DNA from: an uncultured Candidatus Bathyarchaeia archaeon
Lineage (GTDB): Archaea > Thermoproteota > Bathyarchaeia > Bathyarchaeales > DTEX01
NCBI GenBank assembly: GCA_964513245.1
Contig: CAZELO010000003.1
Coordinates: forward strand, 27,066 to 91,065
DNA length: 64,000 bases
Reading direction: 5' to 3'
A program made the position numbers and the translations under genes. The notes below the pieces were generated by a model, which did not search any database, was not told where the DNA came from, and was given only the letters and a program-made list of their open reading frames with translations. Of the stretch, positions 1-9,015 are shown in pieces (within the stretch, counting starts at the first letter, position 1; each line of letters opens with the position of its first letter).

Positions 1-1087
1 CGATCTTCTCTTTAGGAACCCTAAACGCATCAACTACTATTCTGCTGTAAAAGTCACGTGCATCTCCCCCGCTCTTTGCGCCTTCAACTATCATGATGCC
101 ACTTTTCAGGATGCTCACTCTGGTGTTTGAATTGCCATGGAATGTCAGTCCCAACCGTGCCTTGACCTTAATTGCGAAACCCTCCTTTTCGAGAAGAGCG
201 GCTAACTGACCCATATCCAACTCGAGGTCGCTTTTCGGCCTTATTATGAAGACTCTTTTTCCTCCTCTTCCGCATGCTTCAGTCACCAGTTTCTGTATAA
301 GCGGCATCGGGGAACGGATAGGATCTGAACCACATACGGGACAGTTCTCCGCCTTTGCGATCTCTACTGTCTCAAACTCTAGGTTGCCAAGGTCACAGTG
401 AAGCAGTCTACCGGCCAAGCGAGGTTGCTGCCCAAGAATGATTCTGATGGCTTCAGATACTTCAACACTGGCTATTATGCTCAGAACAGAGGGGTGGACC
501 CCTACGACGGCGCACTTCGGCAGCAACTCGTCATCAAGGTTTCCTTGGAAACACTCTAGGCACGGGGTCTTCCCAGGCACTACGGTAGATGCGTTCCCGA
601 AAGTCATGATTGCCGCTCCGAAGACATGGGGCACCTTGAGCCTCTGGCATGCCCTGTTCAAGACGTAGCGCGGCATCATGCTATCCAATCCGTCAACAAC
701 AACATCCATACCCCTGACCATGTCGTCCGCGTTGTGAACGTTCAACGCTAGGGGCAATGGCTCCGTCTCGATGTAAGGGTTCAGTTCACGAAGCCTCTTA
801 GCCGCAGCCTCGACCTTTGGGTACCCCAAGAACTTCACGCTGTAGAGGAGCTGCCTATGAAGATTCGACCGCTCAACAACGTCGCAGTCAACCAAGCGGA
901 GATGACCCACCCCCATAGCGGCTAGCTGCAGAGCAGCGGGAGAACCGAGGCCGCCCAAGCCGATTATACAGACTTTGGCACGCTTGAGTTTCAGCTGCCC
1001 GTTGTAACCTATTTCTGAAAGGGCTATCTGTCTTGAATAGAAGTTGATCTCTTCGTCCGAGAGTTCTTTCGCTTCACTTTTCGTCAT
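1..1087 (-). CDS. ThiF/MoeB/UbaA family E1-like adenylyltransferase (runs off the left edge)
   Basis: Absent from the ORF track. Manual translation from ATG 1087: MTKSEAKELSDEEINFYSRQIALSEIGYNGQLKLKRAKVCIIGLGGLGSPAALQLAAMGVGHLRLVDCDVVERSNLHRQ, with YSRQ, GxGGLG and SNLHRQ motifs plus later CxxC pairs; divergent from a MoaD/SAMP gene. Confidence 0.93.
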   Translation of the reverse strand, partial: MTKSEAKELSDEEINFYSRQIALSEIGYNGQLKLKRAKVCIIGLGGLGSPAALQLAAMGVGHLRLVDCDVVERSNLHRQLLYSVKFLGYPKVEAAAKRLRELNPYIETEPLPLALNVHNADDMVRGMDVVVDGLDSMMPRYVLNRACQRLKVPHVFGAAIMTFGNASTVVPGKTPCLECFQGNLDDELLPKCAVVGVHPSVLSIIASVEVSEAIRIILGQQPRLAGRLLHCDLGNLEFETVEIAKAENCPVCGSDPIRSPMPLIQKLVTEACGRGGKRVFIIRPKSDLELDMGQLAALLEKEGFAIKVKARLGLTFHGNSNTRVSILKSGIMIVEGAKSGGDARDFYSRIVVDAFRVPKEKI

Positions 1088-1101
1088 GATGCCTGCACCA
1101 C

Positions 1102-1115
1102 ATAACGACGTTATA
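1102..1115. promoter_or_regulatory. Palindromic operator candidate ATAACGACGTTAT(A)
   Basis: Perfect 6-1-6 palindrome just upstream of the E1 start; a near-identical copy lies upstream of cysK (5683-5696). Confidence 0.55.
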
Positions 1116-1222
1116 TAATGAGTTGCCCTATTAACCTTGCGATCAGCATCCCAAAGTGCAGACAGCCGAAAACGTTAAGTCTAAAGCATCAAGATTAATT
1201 TTCGGTAGGGCTTGTCTGGCGA

Positions 1223-1513
1223 TTGGACTTGAAGGTTACGGTCAGATATTTCACAACGCTACGTGAATTAGCCGGAGACTCCGAAGAAGAAATAGAGGCA
1301 AAAGACGACTTAACCCTAGCAGACCTGATCGAAGGAATAGCGTCAAAATATGGGAAAGAGGCGCGGGATTACCTGTATCATAAGGGAGAGAAGATTGATC
1401 CATCAATCTATTTTCTGGTCAACGGGGTCAACGCGAGACTTCTGTCAGGAACGGAAACGAAACTGAAGGAAGGCGACATCATAGCCATAATACCGCCAAT
1501 AGGAGGCGGCTGA
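1223..1513 (+). CDS. MoaD/ThiS/SAMP ubiquitin-like sulfur carrier protein
   Basis: 96 aa, beta-grasp pattern VRYFTTLRE...LVNG...L.EGD.IAIIPPIGGG with C-terminal di-glycine. Confidence 0.92.
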   Translation: MDLKVTVRYFTTLRELAGDSEEEIEAKDDLTLADLIEGIASKYGKEARDYLYHKGEKIDPSIYFLVNGVNARLLSGTETKLKEGDIIAIIPPIGGG

Positions 1514-1523
1514 ATCTTCAGGC

Positions 1524-2450
1524 TTATTTTTGTGTTTCTCGGACATTAAGCATGAATTCGACGGGTTTTCTTGCTTTTTCCATGATTTCGGGTGACAGTT
1601 TTACCAGATATCGCTCCTTTCTTAGCGATTGGTAGACTTTTTCCAGCGTGTGGAGCCTCATGTTTACGCATATTGCCTCATCGTAGGCGGGTATGAAGAC
1701 TGCGTCCTTCCTTTCTTTCCGCAGGCGGTGCAGAAGTCCCACTTCGGTCGCAACAATGAATTTCTTGGCATCCGATACAAGCGCTTGCTTGTACATTCTT
1801 GAGGTGCTTCCCACGAAATCGGCTACCTCCCACACATCTGGGCTGCACTCTGGATGAGCCATCACCTCAGCGTCCGGATGTGCCTTCTTCAGCCTCAGAA
1901 TGTCTTCTCTGTTGAAGAGCTTGTGAACTGGGCAGAACCCGTTGCTGGGTATGGGCACCACCTTCTTGCTGGTGAAGCCTTTTGTGTATTGGGCCAGATT
2001 GGCGTCAGGTCCGAAAAGGACTGTTTTCCCCTCTACCCTGTTGACGATCTCAGCTGAGTTGGCCGAGGTGCAAACGGCATCGCAGTGGGCTTTCGCTTCG
2101 GCTAAGCTATTAATGTACAGGACGATCTTGGCGTCAGGGCACTTCTCACGATAAAACTGGGCCAGCTCCGCGGGAAGCATGGAAGCCATCGGGCACAATG
2201 CGTTCTTGTCAGGTATGAGCACCTTCTTGTCCGGGTTAAGGATAGCCGCGGTCTCAGCCATGAAAGTGACTCCGCAGAAGACTATTATCTTCGCGTCCGT
2301 TTGGGCTGCACAGAGCGAGAGCTCCAAGCTGTCACCGACGAAGTTCGCTATGTCCTGGACCTCTTTAAGCTGGTAATTGTGCGAGAGAATTACCGCTCGC
2401 TTCTCTTTCTTCAATTTTTGAATTTTCTCCACAAGATCGTTGGTCTTCAC
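1524..2450 (-). CDS. nadA: Quinolinate synthase A
   Basis: HNYQ, GDSLEL, FCGVTFMAETA, CPMA, CPVH, AHPEC, GSTS and ATE motifs; three Fe-S cysteines. Confidence 0.96.
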   Translation of the reverse strand: MKTNDLVEKIQKLKKEKRAVILSHNYQLKEVQDIANFVGDSLELSLCAAQTDAKIIVFCGVTFMAETAAILNPDKKVLIPDKNALCPMASMLPAELAQFYREKCPDAKIVLYINSLAEAKAHCDAVCTSANSAEIVNRVEGKTVLFGPDANLAQYTKGFTSKKVVPIPSNGFCPVHKLFNREDILRLKKAHPDAEVMAHPECSPDVWEVADFVGSTSRMYKQALVSDAKKFIVATEVGLLHRLRKERKDAVFIPAYDEAICVNMRLHTLEKVYQSLRKERYLVKLSPEIMEKARKPVEFMLNVRETQK

Positions 2451-3637
2451 GTTGTTTTTCCTCCATGTTGTTGCCGATTGTCTAAAGGCGAGATCTTCCT
2501 CAATTTTTCGACGGCTCTAGGCAAGACTTCCAAGATGTAGGCTACGTCGTCGTCCGTGTTATACTTTCCAAGCGAGACCCTGAGGCTGCCATGTGCCTCT
2601 TCCGGCTTCAAACCTATCGCCAGCGGAACATGACTGGGCTCGCCTGATCTAGACGCGCAAGCTGACCCCGAGGACGCGGCTATGCCATCTTCGTTCAGCA
2701 ATAGGACCAGAGACTCGCCTTCGATATAAGAGAACCTGAAGTTTACTATATTAGGCACCCTCTTGGTAGGATGCCCGTTCAAATAAGCCTCCTCAATCCC
2801 CAAGACACCTTTTACTAGGCGTTCGCTCAACCTGGCCATCTTCTGGGCTTCCGATTTCATCTCCTCTTTCCTAAGTTCCACGGCCTTTGCGAAGCCTACT
2901 GCGCCTGACACATTTTCCGTGCTGGATCTTAGGCCAAATTCGTGACCTCCGCCGTGGAGCAACGGTTCAATTTCTATGCCTTTTCTTATGAAGAGGGCGC
3001 CTACACCCTTAGGTCCGTATATCTTGTGCGCGTTGATGGTCATGAGATCAATGTTCATTTCTTTTGCGTCTATGGGAACTTTGCCGAAGCTCTGGGCAGC
3101 ATCCGTGTGAAGATAGGCATCATAGTCGTGGCACAGTTTCCCTATCTCTTTCAGCGACTGAAGCGTGCCTATCTCATTGTTCGCATGAATGACGGAGACG
3201 AGAGACGCGCCTTTCCGCAGGGCATCTTCCAGCCTGGCAGGATCAACTATGCCGTATCGGTCCACTGGTATGCGGGTTACCTTGAAGCCCCTGTTTTCAA
3301 GCCAGTTTGCCACGTTCAAAACGGAGTCATGTTCTATGGTGGATACAGCTATGTGTGTGCGTTTCTCGCCGTGTTTGAATGCGAATCCCTTCAGGAGCAT
3401 GTTGTTGGCTTCGGTTGCGCTTCCTGTGAAGATGAGCTCCTTCGGCTCTGCATTCATCGATCCAGCAACGGTTTTTCTGGCGTCTTCAAGCGCGCGTCTT
3501 GCCTCGAACCCAAAGGAATTGATGGATGATGCGTTGCCGTAGACCACGTCAAAGTAGGGCCTCATGGCTTCGACCACCCTCGGGTCAGCAGGCGTTGTCG
3601 CAGCGTAATCCACATAGACTCTTCTCATAGTTGTCAC
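2447..3637 (-). CDS. iscS: Cysteine desulfurase (IscS/NifS family)
   Basis: DYAATTP, GNASS, HTDAAQ, AHKIYGPKGVG (PLP lysine) and SSGSAC catalytic Cys; overlaps nadA by 4 nt; alternative ATG start at 3628. Confidence 0.95.
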   Translation of the reverse strand: MTTMRRVYVDYAATTPADPRVVEAMRPYFDVVYGNASSINSFGFEARRALEDARKTVAGSMNAEPKELIFTGSATEANNMLLKGFAFKHGEKRTHIAVSTIEHDSVLNVANWLENRGFKVTRIPVDRYGIVDPARLEDALRKGASLVSVIHANNEIGTLQSLKEIGKLCHDYDAYLHTDAAQSFGKVPIDAKEMNIDLMTINAHKIYGPKGVGALFIRKGIEIEPLLHGGGHEFGLRSSTENVSGAVGFAKAVELRKEEMKSEAQKMARLSERLVKGVLGIEEAYLNGHPTKRVPNIVNFRFSYIEGESLVLLLNEDGIAASSGSACASRSGEPSHVPLAIGLKPEEAHGSLRVSLGKYNTDDDVAYILEVLPRAVEKLRKISPLDNRQQHGGKTT

Positions 3638-4707
3638 TACGTTGACTTCTCAAGCGTGTCGGAACCTTTGTTGAGACCGGTGCCCTTGTATCTAAGTTCA
3701 GGTTCCACTATTGCTACTTTTGTGCCCGGCGGTACAGGCTGAGTTATCCAGACGTTTCCACCTATAACTGCATCGTCCCCTATGACCGCATCCGCGCCGA
3801 GAAGCGTCGCACCAGAATATATCACAACATTGTTTCCGATGGTGGGATGCCTCTTCCTTCCCTTGATGATTCTTCCCTTCTCGTCTTTGGGAAAGCTCAA
3901 AGCGCCCAACGTCACGCCTTGATATATTTTTACGTTGTCCCCGATCTCCGTGGTTTCGCCTATAACGACACCTGTCCCGTGGTCGACGAAAAAGTTCTTT
4001 CCGATCCTTGCGCCCGGATGAATATCTATGCCCGTCTTGGAATGCGCGTACTCACCCATTATTCGGGGTATCATCGGAACCCCACGCACATACAGCTCAT
4101 GGGCTATCCGATAAGTTGCAATGGCTAGAACACATGGATAGCTGAGGATCACCTCGTCTATGCTCTTGGCAGCAGGGTCACCATCATACGCCGCCTGAAT
4201 GTCACCTCTAATCAGACCCCTTATTTGCGGGATCCTCTCAAGCAGTTCTTTCACGACAACCTGTGCCCTTTTGAGGCAGATGTCTTCAGGGCATTTTTCC
4301 ACCTTTCGGCAGACGTATTTGAGGCTCTTATCTATCTCGTCAACAAGCCTAGAGTAGACCGAATTCAACATGTTGCCCGTGAAGTATTGGACATTAGACT
4401 TAGTAAGCCCAGTCTTTCCAAGGTAACCTGGGAAAATAATATTTATGAGGCCTTTCAGTACGTCCACGACAACATCTTTTGACGGCAAAACCTTACCATC
4501 TAGGTGGTTTATGCCTCCCTGTTTTTCGTAGCTTTTCATTATCTCGTCAACAAGTTTTGGCAGACCTTGCCCGACCCAGTTGGTTTCCGTTGTGCCCTCG
4601 CCCTTCATCATTTCTAGCATCTGTTCTGGGCTCCAAGTATGGGTCCACTCTTCTGACGTCTCTTTTTTCTTTGTATCGGTGTCCTTCTCTTTTTGATCAC
4701 TGCCCAA
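3637..4707 (-). CDS. cysE: Serine O-acetyltransferase (long, EpsC-like N-terminus)
   Basis: [36 protein letters not shown] and KRHPTIG hexapeptide-repeat motifs. Confidence 0.93.
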   Translation of the reverse strand: MGSDQKEKDTDTKKKETSEEWTHTWSPEQMLEMMKGEGTTETNWVGQGLPKLVDEIMKSYEKQGGINHLDGKVLPSKDVVVDVLKGLINIIFPGYLGKTGLTKSNVQYFTGNMLNSVYSRLVDEIDKSLKYVCRKVEKCPEDICLKRAQVVVKELLERIPQIRGLIRGDIQAAYDGDPAAKSIDEVILSYPCVLAIATYRIAHELYVRGVPMIPRIMGEYAHSKTGIDIHPGARIGKNFFVDHGTGVVIGETTEIGDNVKIYQGVTLGALSFPKDEKGRIIKGRKRHPTIGNNVVIYSGATLLGADAVIGDDAVIGGNVWITQPVPPGTKVAIVEPELRYKGTGLNKGSDTLEKST

Positions 4708-4725
4708 TTTTAATTCTCTCCGCCA

Positions 4726-5658
4726 TCAAGTCAATTCTTGAAAGAGAGGCGTACTAATGTAGCGCTCCCCTGTGTCGGGAAGGATGACTACCAATAGCTT
4801 TCCATCGTTTTCCGGTCTTTTTGCCACTTCCAGCGCAGCGTAGGCGGCGGCTCCAGCGGAGATTCCCACCAACAGACCCTCCTTTCTGGCAAGTAGCCGA
4901 GATGTTTCAATAGCCTCTTCGTTCTTAACCTTTACGATTTCGTCCACCAGATCAAGCCTCAGAACGTCTGGTATAAAGCCTGCGCCTATGCCTTGAATTT
5001 TGTGTGAACTTGGTTTGCCGCCGCTCAAAACCGCGGAGTCATATGGTTCTACGGCTACGGCTCTAAACTGGGGCTTAAGCGGTTTGATGTACTCAGCCAC
5101 GCCTGTAATGGTTCCGCCTGTTCCCACGCCTGCAACCACTATGTCGACCTTTCCTTCAGTGGCATCCCAGATTTCCGGACCCGTTGTCTCCCGATGAACC
5201 CTAGGGTTTGCCAAGTTCTTAAACTGTTGGGGAACGAATGAGTTGGGAACCGTTGCCGCAAGCTCTTCAGCCTTCCTCACGGCACCCTTCATGCCCTCCG
5301 CGCCGGGAGTGAGCACTAGCTCTGCGCCATATGCCTTCAGAAGGCTTCGCCGTTCAATGCTCATGGTGTCAGGCATCGCCAGAATAAGCCGGTAACCTTT
5401 AACAGCAGCAACCATGGCTAAGCCGATTCCTGTGTTTCCGCTTGTGGGCTCAATGATAGTTGTGTCTGGACGGATCAGACCCTTTCTTTCGGCCTCGGCT
5501 ATCATGCCAAGGCATATTCTGTCCTTCACGCTGCCTCCAGGATTTCGGGACTCCGTCTTCGCCACGATGGTGCATCTTAGGCCGGCTGTTATGCGGTTCA
5601 GACGGATTAAGGGCGTATTACCTATTGTGTCTAGGACAGTGTCGTAGATTCTGTTCAC
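4726..5658 (-). CDS. cysK: Cysteine synthase A (O-acetylserine sulfhydrylase)
   Basis: [42 protein letters not shown] and PDTGERY motifs. Confidence 0.96.
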   Translation of the reverse strand: MNRIYDTVLDTIGNTPLIRLNRITAGLRCTIVAKTESRNPGGSVKDRICLGMIAEAERKGLIRPDTTIIEPTSGNTGIGLAMVAAVKGYRLILAMPDTMSIERRSLLKAYGAELVLTPGAEGMKGAVRKAEELAATVPNSFVPQQFKNLANPRVHRETTGPEIWDATEGKVDIVVAGVGTGGTITGVAEYIKPLKPQFRAVAVEPYDSAVLSGGKPSSHKIQGIGAGFIPDVLRLDLVDEIVKVKNEEAIETSRLLARKEGLLVGISAGAAAYAALEVAKRPENDGKLLVVILPDTGERYISTPLFQELT

Positions 5659-5682
5659 TGGGTTTCCACCGCTAAAGCAATA

Positions 5683-5696
5683 ATAACGATGTTATA
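5683..5696. promoter_or_regulatory. Palindromic operator candidate ATAACGATGTTATA upstream of cysK
   Basis: 13/14 identical to the site at 1102-1115; lies just downstream of a minus-strand TATA-like TTTATTAA. Confidence 0.55.
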
Positions 5697-5743
5697 GTTA
5701 ATAAAGTTAGCGACTGCGCAGAAGAACTCTCCGCAGAACGAGT

Positions 5744-6268
5744 CTAGATGTATATGTCTAGCAGTCCTCTTTTGGCGACTATGTATATGATGATCGCACT
5801 TATTATGAACTCCACGAGCAGGTAGCTACCATTGTAAACTGCTGAATAGACGATAGGGTTCATTTCTGGTGGCGCATACATCCAAAAGAATAGCACGCCG
5901 CTGGCGAAGTGAGCTAAGAACCTGCCAAAGATGCCAACGCCAACACCGAGCACAGGATACTTCTTGAACAAACCAGCCAAGCCGAGAGCACCAAAAGCTA
6001 TAGGGTAATCAACTACGGCTTGGATCGGGTTATCGATATACCCGCCTATTGCCATATTGACCAGACCGTACACCGCGCTTGCTTCTATCCCAGCGCGTGG
6101 ACCTCTCCTCAAGGAGAACCAGAGCAAAGGCACCATGCCTGCCACGCTTATTGAGCCTCCTTGTGGAAGATGATATATAGGGGGCAGAAAGTCTTTGAGA
6201 ATTGCAGTTAGTGCGATAATAACGGTTCCTTCAGCAAGTATCTTAGTTTCAGACTTATGCTTTTCCAT
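5744..6268 (-). CDS. thiT: ECF thiamine transporter S component ThiT
   Basis: LPQGGSIS, RRGPRAG, Q..VDYPIAFGALG, RFLAHF.SG, YSAVYNGSY motifs; preceded by a TPP riboswitch. Confidence 0.92.
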   Translation of the reverse strand: MEKHKSETKILAEGTVIIALTAILKDFLPPIYHLPQGGSISVAGMVPLLWFSLRRGPRAGIEASAVYGLVNMAIGGYIDNPIQAVVDYPIAFGALGLAGLFKKYPVLGVGVGIFGRFLAHFASGVLFFWMYAPPEMNPIVYSAVYNGSYLLVEFIISAIIIYIVAKRGLLDIYI

Positions 6269-6272
6269 TCTT

Positions 6273-6364
6273 CGTTCCCTCCGCCAGTATTACCTGGATC
6301 AGGTTCCAAGGGTCGACGGCTAGGCAACCGTCCTCTCAGCCGGGTCCAACCCAGCTCCCCTCTG
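6273..6364 (-). ncRNA. TPP (THI-box) riboswitch
   Basis: Minus strand reads GGGGAGCTGGGTTGGACCCGGCTGAGAGGACGGTTGCCTAGCCGTCGACCCTTGGAACCTGATCCAGGTAATACTGGCGGAGGGA, with canonical GGG..CTGAGA..ACCC..AACCTGA..GGTAATAC..GCGGAGGGA elements and pairing P3/P5 stems, immediately before the thiT ATG. Confidence 0.95.
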
Positions 6365-6531
6365 CTATGGCGAAATAGACATTCAGGTATTTAACTGTAA
6401 CGGCGTCATATCGATATTGACTAGATAGGGTTTATTTGCTTGATGGTTTCCCTAGCGTTTGGTGTCTTCTGAGGTTGTCATACTAGTATGTGAAGAGGTT
6501 TTAGGAAGAATCTCATGGGAGCGGAGCCATC

Positions 6532-6539
6532 TCGAAGCC
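6532..6539 (+). repeat. Left target-site duplication TCGAAGCC
   Basis: Identical to 11289-11296 and abuts the left TIR. Confidence 0.93.
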
Positions 6540-6589
6540 GGTTCTGTTCAAATAGCGGTTGTTAAATTCGGTTGTTAAAATCGGTTGCT
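6540..6589 (+). repeat. Left terminal inverted repeat (50 bp)
   Basis: GGTTCTGTTCAAATAGCGGTTGTTAAATTCGGTTGTTAAAATCGGTTGCT is the exact reverse complement of 11239-11288; it contains three CGGTTG units at 13-bp period. Confidence 0.96.
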
Positions 6590-6670
6590 GATGGGGATAT
6601 GGTTTGGTGAGATCAATCTCTGTGTGAACAGCCGATGGTAATTCTTGGGAGATGTCAACCCTACAAAAGT

Positions 6671-7045
6671 TTAGCTATAGCCGAATCCTCTTGGCAGTAT
6701 GTCGAAGAGAACCACTCTTCTAGATTTATCCTCATTACAGAATTGACATCTGACTTTGCTTTTCTCATAATACTTCTCCTTCAAGCATTCTTCACAAATT
6801 CTGAATCGGGTTGCGGCTCCATTTCGGTAGCCTTTCGCTCCTACCTTTAGATGACGGAGTCCTACGAGTTTCATTCCAGCGACAGTTATGTTCCCTTTAA
6901 GCATCTGGTGTCGATTTGGAGTGTACTCTAAGTTTTGAATTAGCTTCTCCCGAATCTTTGCTTCATTTTTCCTAAAAAATTTCTTCAAGTTCTTTCTAAA
7001 AATGTCCAGTTCTATTATTTCATAGGGTTCGGAACTCATGTACAT
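6671..7045 (-). CDS. RelE/ParE-like toxin candidate with inserted CxxC...CxxC motif
   Basis: Small basic protein; YEII...F.KNLKK, L.G...LRHLKVG and C-terminal VVLFDILPR..Y resemble RelE; CEEC and CQFC inserted; overlaps the upstream Panacea-like gene. Confidence 0.65.
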   Translation of the reverse strand: MYMSSEPYEIIELDIFRKNLKKFFRKNEAKIREKLIQNLEYTPNRHQMLKGNITVAGMKLVGLRHLKVGAKGYRNGAATRFRICEECLKEKYYEKSKVRCQFCNEDKSRRVVLFDILPRGFGYS

Positions 7046-7661
7046 TGCCTTCTACAGCATCACTGTATGATTGTTTTAGAGACTCGACTGCCTCTTGATC
7101 CAAAGCTAGCTCTAAGGTAGCAAGCCAACTTTCATCGAGAATGAATTTTTTCTTGGAACGGTTGTCGGAAGGTTTGAACAGTATCAAGGTTCCATGAGGT
7201 ACTTCTGCTACGGTCATAACTTGCCTCAGTCTAGGAACAAATATGCTCAGGTTGTAAGTATATTCCTTTATTTGCTCTGGTGTGTACTCTGAAAATTCAG
7301 CAGTAATATCATCTATTACTTTTAGAAATTGTTCATTTTCTTCCAGAAGTTCTTTGCATCCGTTAAGTAGTTTCTTTCCCTCCTTAGTTAGTCTAATGGG
7401 CCAGCGTTTTCTAATCAATCCTCGACAACTTAGCACTGTTAAGTCATTGTTCACATCCGCACTAAAAGGTCCCTTGTCCCATCTGAAGAAGTTATAAGTG
7501 AACAGTTTGAGCTTTTTTTCGATCATCCTCTTCTGAGTAAGATAGACAAGTTTCTGTAACTTGAGCGTGTCTTCAATAGACCCTGTCGAATTGGTCCTAT
7601 CTATCAAGTACAAAAGCAGAATGTTGTTGACAACTCTGTTCTGAATATTAGATTCACTCAT
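7020..7661 (-). CDS. Panacea (DUF4065/SocA-like) antitoxin candidate
   Basis: LKLQKLVYL...YNFFRWDKGPFSADV motif typical of DUF4065; directly upstream of the toxin-like gene. ATG 7661 preferred over GTG 7682. Confidence 0.75.
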   Translation of the reverse strand: MSESNIQNRVVNNILLLYLIDRTNSTGSIEDTLKLQKLVYLTQKRMIEKKLKLFTYNFFRWDKGPFSADVNNDLTVLSCRGLIRKRWPIRLTKEGKKLLNGCKELLEENEQFLKVIDDITAEFSEYTPEQIKEYTYNLSIFVPRLRQVMTVAEVPHGTLILFKPSDNRSKKKFILDESWLATLELALDQEAVESLKQSYSDAVEGNVHEFRTL

Positions 7662-7768
7662 TTTTAATACCAGAGTTCCCACATCAATTCACTATCCAAC
7701 ATGGAATATTTATGTTTTGTGAATTGCCGAAAAATAGGACCTATAAACTCAAGAGTTGCATAGAGGCG

Positions 7769-8908
7769 TTATTTGGAACCAGAAGCGTTCCTTATAAGAC
7801 TCAACCACTTATTTTTTTCTAGGTTTAGGTCTATTCCTGAGGCTTCTGCTGGTGTCTTCCCGTTTAGGCTTTGGTGTGGTCTTATGAAATTATAGTAGGT
7901 TTTGAACCCATTAACAATCTCTTCTGCTGTAGGGTCGCTTTTCATTCCTCGCATAACTTTTTCCCTTTCTCTAACTGTTCCATTTAGTCTCTCTACGATG
8001 TTGTTGTTTGTTGGGTCTGTGAATCGTGGTTTGCGTATGTGTTGAACTCTTGGGTTCTTTAGGGTAAAGAACTCTTTCTTGAATGCTTTGATGTATGCTG
8101 GGAGACCGTCTGAAACCACGTATTCGGGTTTGGACTTTGCGGTTTCTTTTGCTTTCTGGAACACTCTTCTTGCATCCTGTATATCTCGTGTCTTCGAGAT
8201 CGTGGAGACTAACATGAAACGAGTCTTTTCATCCATCACATTCCAGAGCCAGCTCCATTGACCGCCATTCTTAACTTTCATCTCATCCACATGCCACACT
8301 GTTCCAAGTTGAGGATCAAGCTTATTCACATAAGCATTGATTAACCCCATGTATCTCTTTAGCCAATTATGAACTGTAACATGGGAAATTGTTAGACCGC
8401 TAAACTGCTTAACGTGATCTACAATTTTTCTGAGGCTTATTCCCTTGAAATAGAGGTCAAGACATGCTGAAACAATTTTGGGATCTCCAATTATCTTCTT
8501 GAAGGGTTCATCAACCATGAAGCTCTTGTTGCAGTTTAGGCATGCGAATCTCTGTCGCTTTCCCACCTTCGTTTTACGAGACCCATTCTTCTTGACTTCA
8601 CTTGAACCGCATAGAGGACAGATAATCTCAGAGACTTTCTCTTCCATTTCTAAGAGTATCCGTTCTCTCAAGGCGATCCAGAACTTGACGGCGTGAATGT
8701 GCTTACACTCAACAAAACGGTATGTGTGGTCGGGACATTCGCATCGCCATTCACCTTCTACAATTGAAACAAGGTAACTGCCGTTTCCGCTTTGAGACTT
8801 AACCACATAATTGTTCTCACTAACTCTGCTAATGTGATTCTTGCCGTTATTCACGATCTGTAAGCCTTTTTCTTCACGGCGTTGCTCAAGCTCCTGAAGA
8901 CTCAACAT
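7769..8908 (-). CDS. IS6-family DDE transposase with N-terminal SWIM and Zn-ribbon domains
   Basis: SWIM CECPD..CKHIHAV; CPLC...CLNC ribbon; HTH SLRKI..SHVTVHNW; DDE triad WHVDE / VVSDG / NNNIVERLNG; YNFIRPHQSL.GKTPAE tail. ATG 8908 follows a GGTGA SD. Confidence 0.93.
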   Translation of the reverse strand: MLSLQELEQRREEKGLQIVNNGKNHISRVSENNYVVKSQSGNGSYLVSIVEGEWRCECPDHTYRFVECKHIHAVKFWIALRERILLEMEEKVSEIICPLCGSSEVKKNGSRKTKVGKRQRFACLNCNKSFMVDEPFKKIIGDPKIVSACLDLYFKGISLRKIVDHVKQFSGLTISHVTVHNWLKRYMGLINAYVNKLDPQLGTVWHVDEMKVKNGGQWSWLWNVMDEKTRFMLVSTISKTRDIQDARRVFQKAKETAKSKPEYVVSDGLPAYIKAFKKEFFTLKNPRVQHIRKPRFTDPTNNNIVERLNGTVREREKVMRGMKSDPTAEEIVNGFKTYYNFIRPHQSLNGKTPAEASGIDLNLEKNKWLSLIRNASGSK

Positions 8909-8918
8909 CTCAATCACC

Positions 8919-9007
8919 ACTATAACTACTATAGTGTTTATAGTATTCAAGCTTTATGGTCGCCATAGATAGACTTAAATAATATAAAACCTATACTAAA
9001 TATAGGT
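8919..9007. promoter_or_regulatory. Divergent promoter region with three CTATA-N5-TATAG palindromes
   Basis: ACTATAactacTATAGT (8919-8935), ACTATAgtgttTATAGT (8928-8944) and ACCTATActaaaTATAGGT (8989-9007), between the transposase and the RHH gene. Confidence 0.65.
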
Positions 9008-9015
9008 GTTACAGA

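Noticed and set aside
1102-1115. SurR binding site
   Set aside because: Half-sites are in the opposite arrangement (AAC-N3-GTT rather than GTT-N3-AAC); kept only as an unknown operator.
6556-6589. Short repeats CGGTTGTTAAA as a CRISPR array or iterons
   Set aside because: 13-bp period with no spacers, no cas or rep gene; they are part of the transposon TIR.
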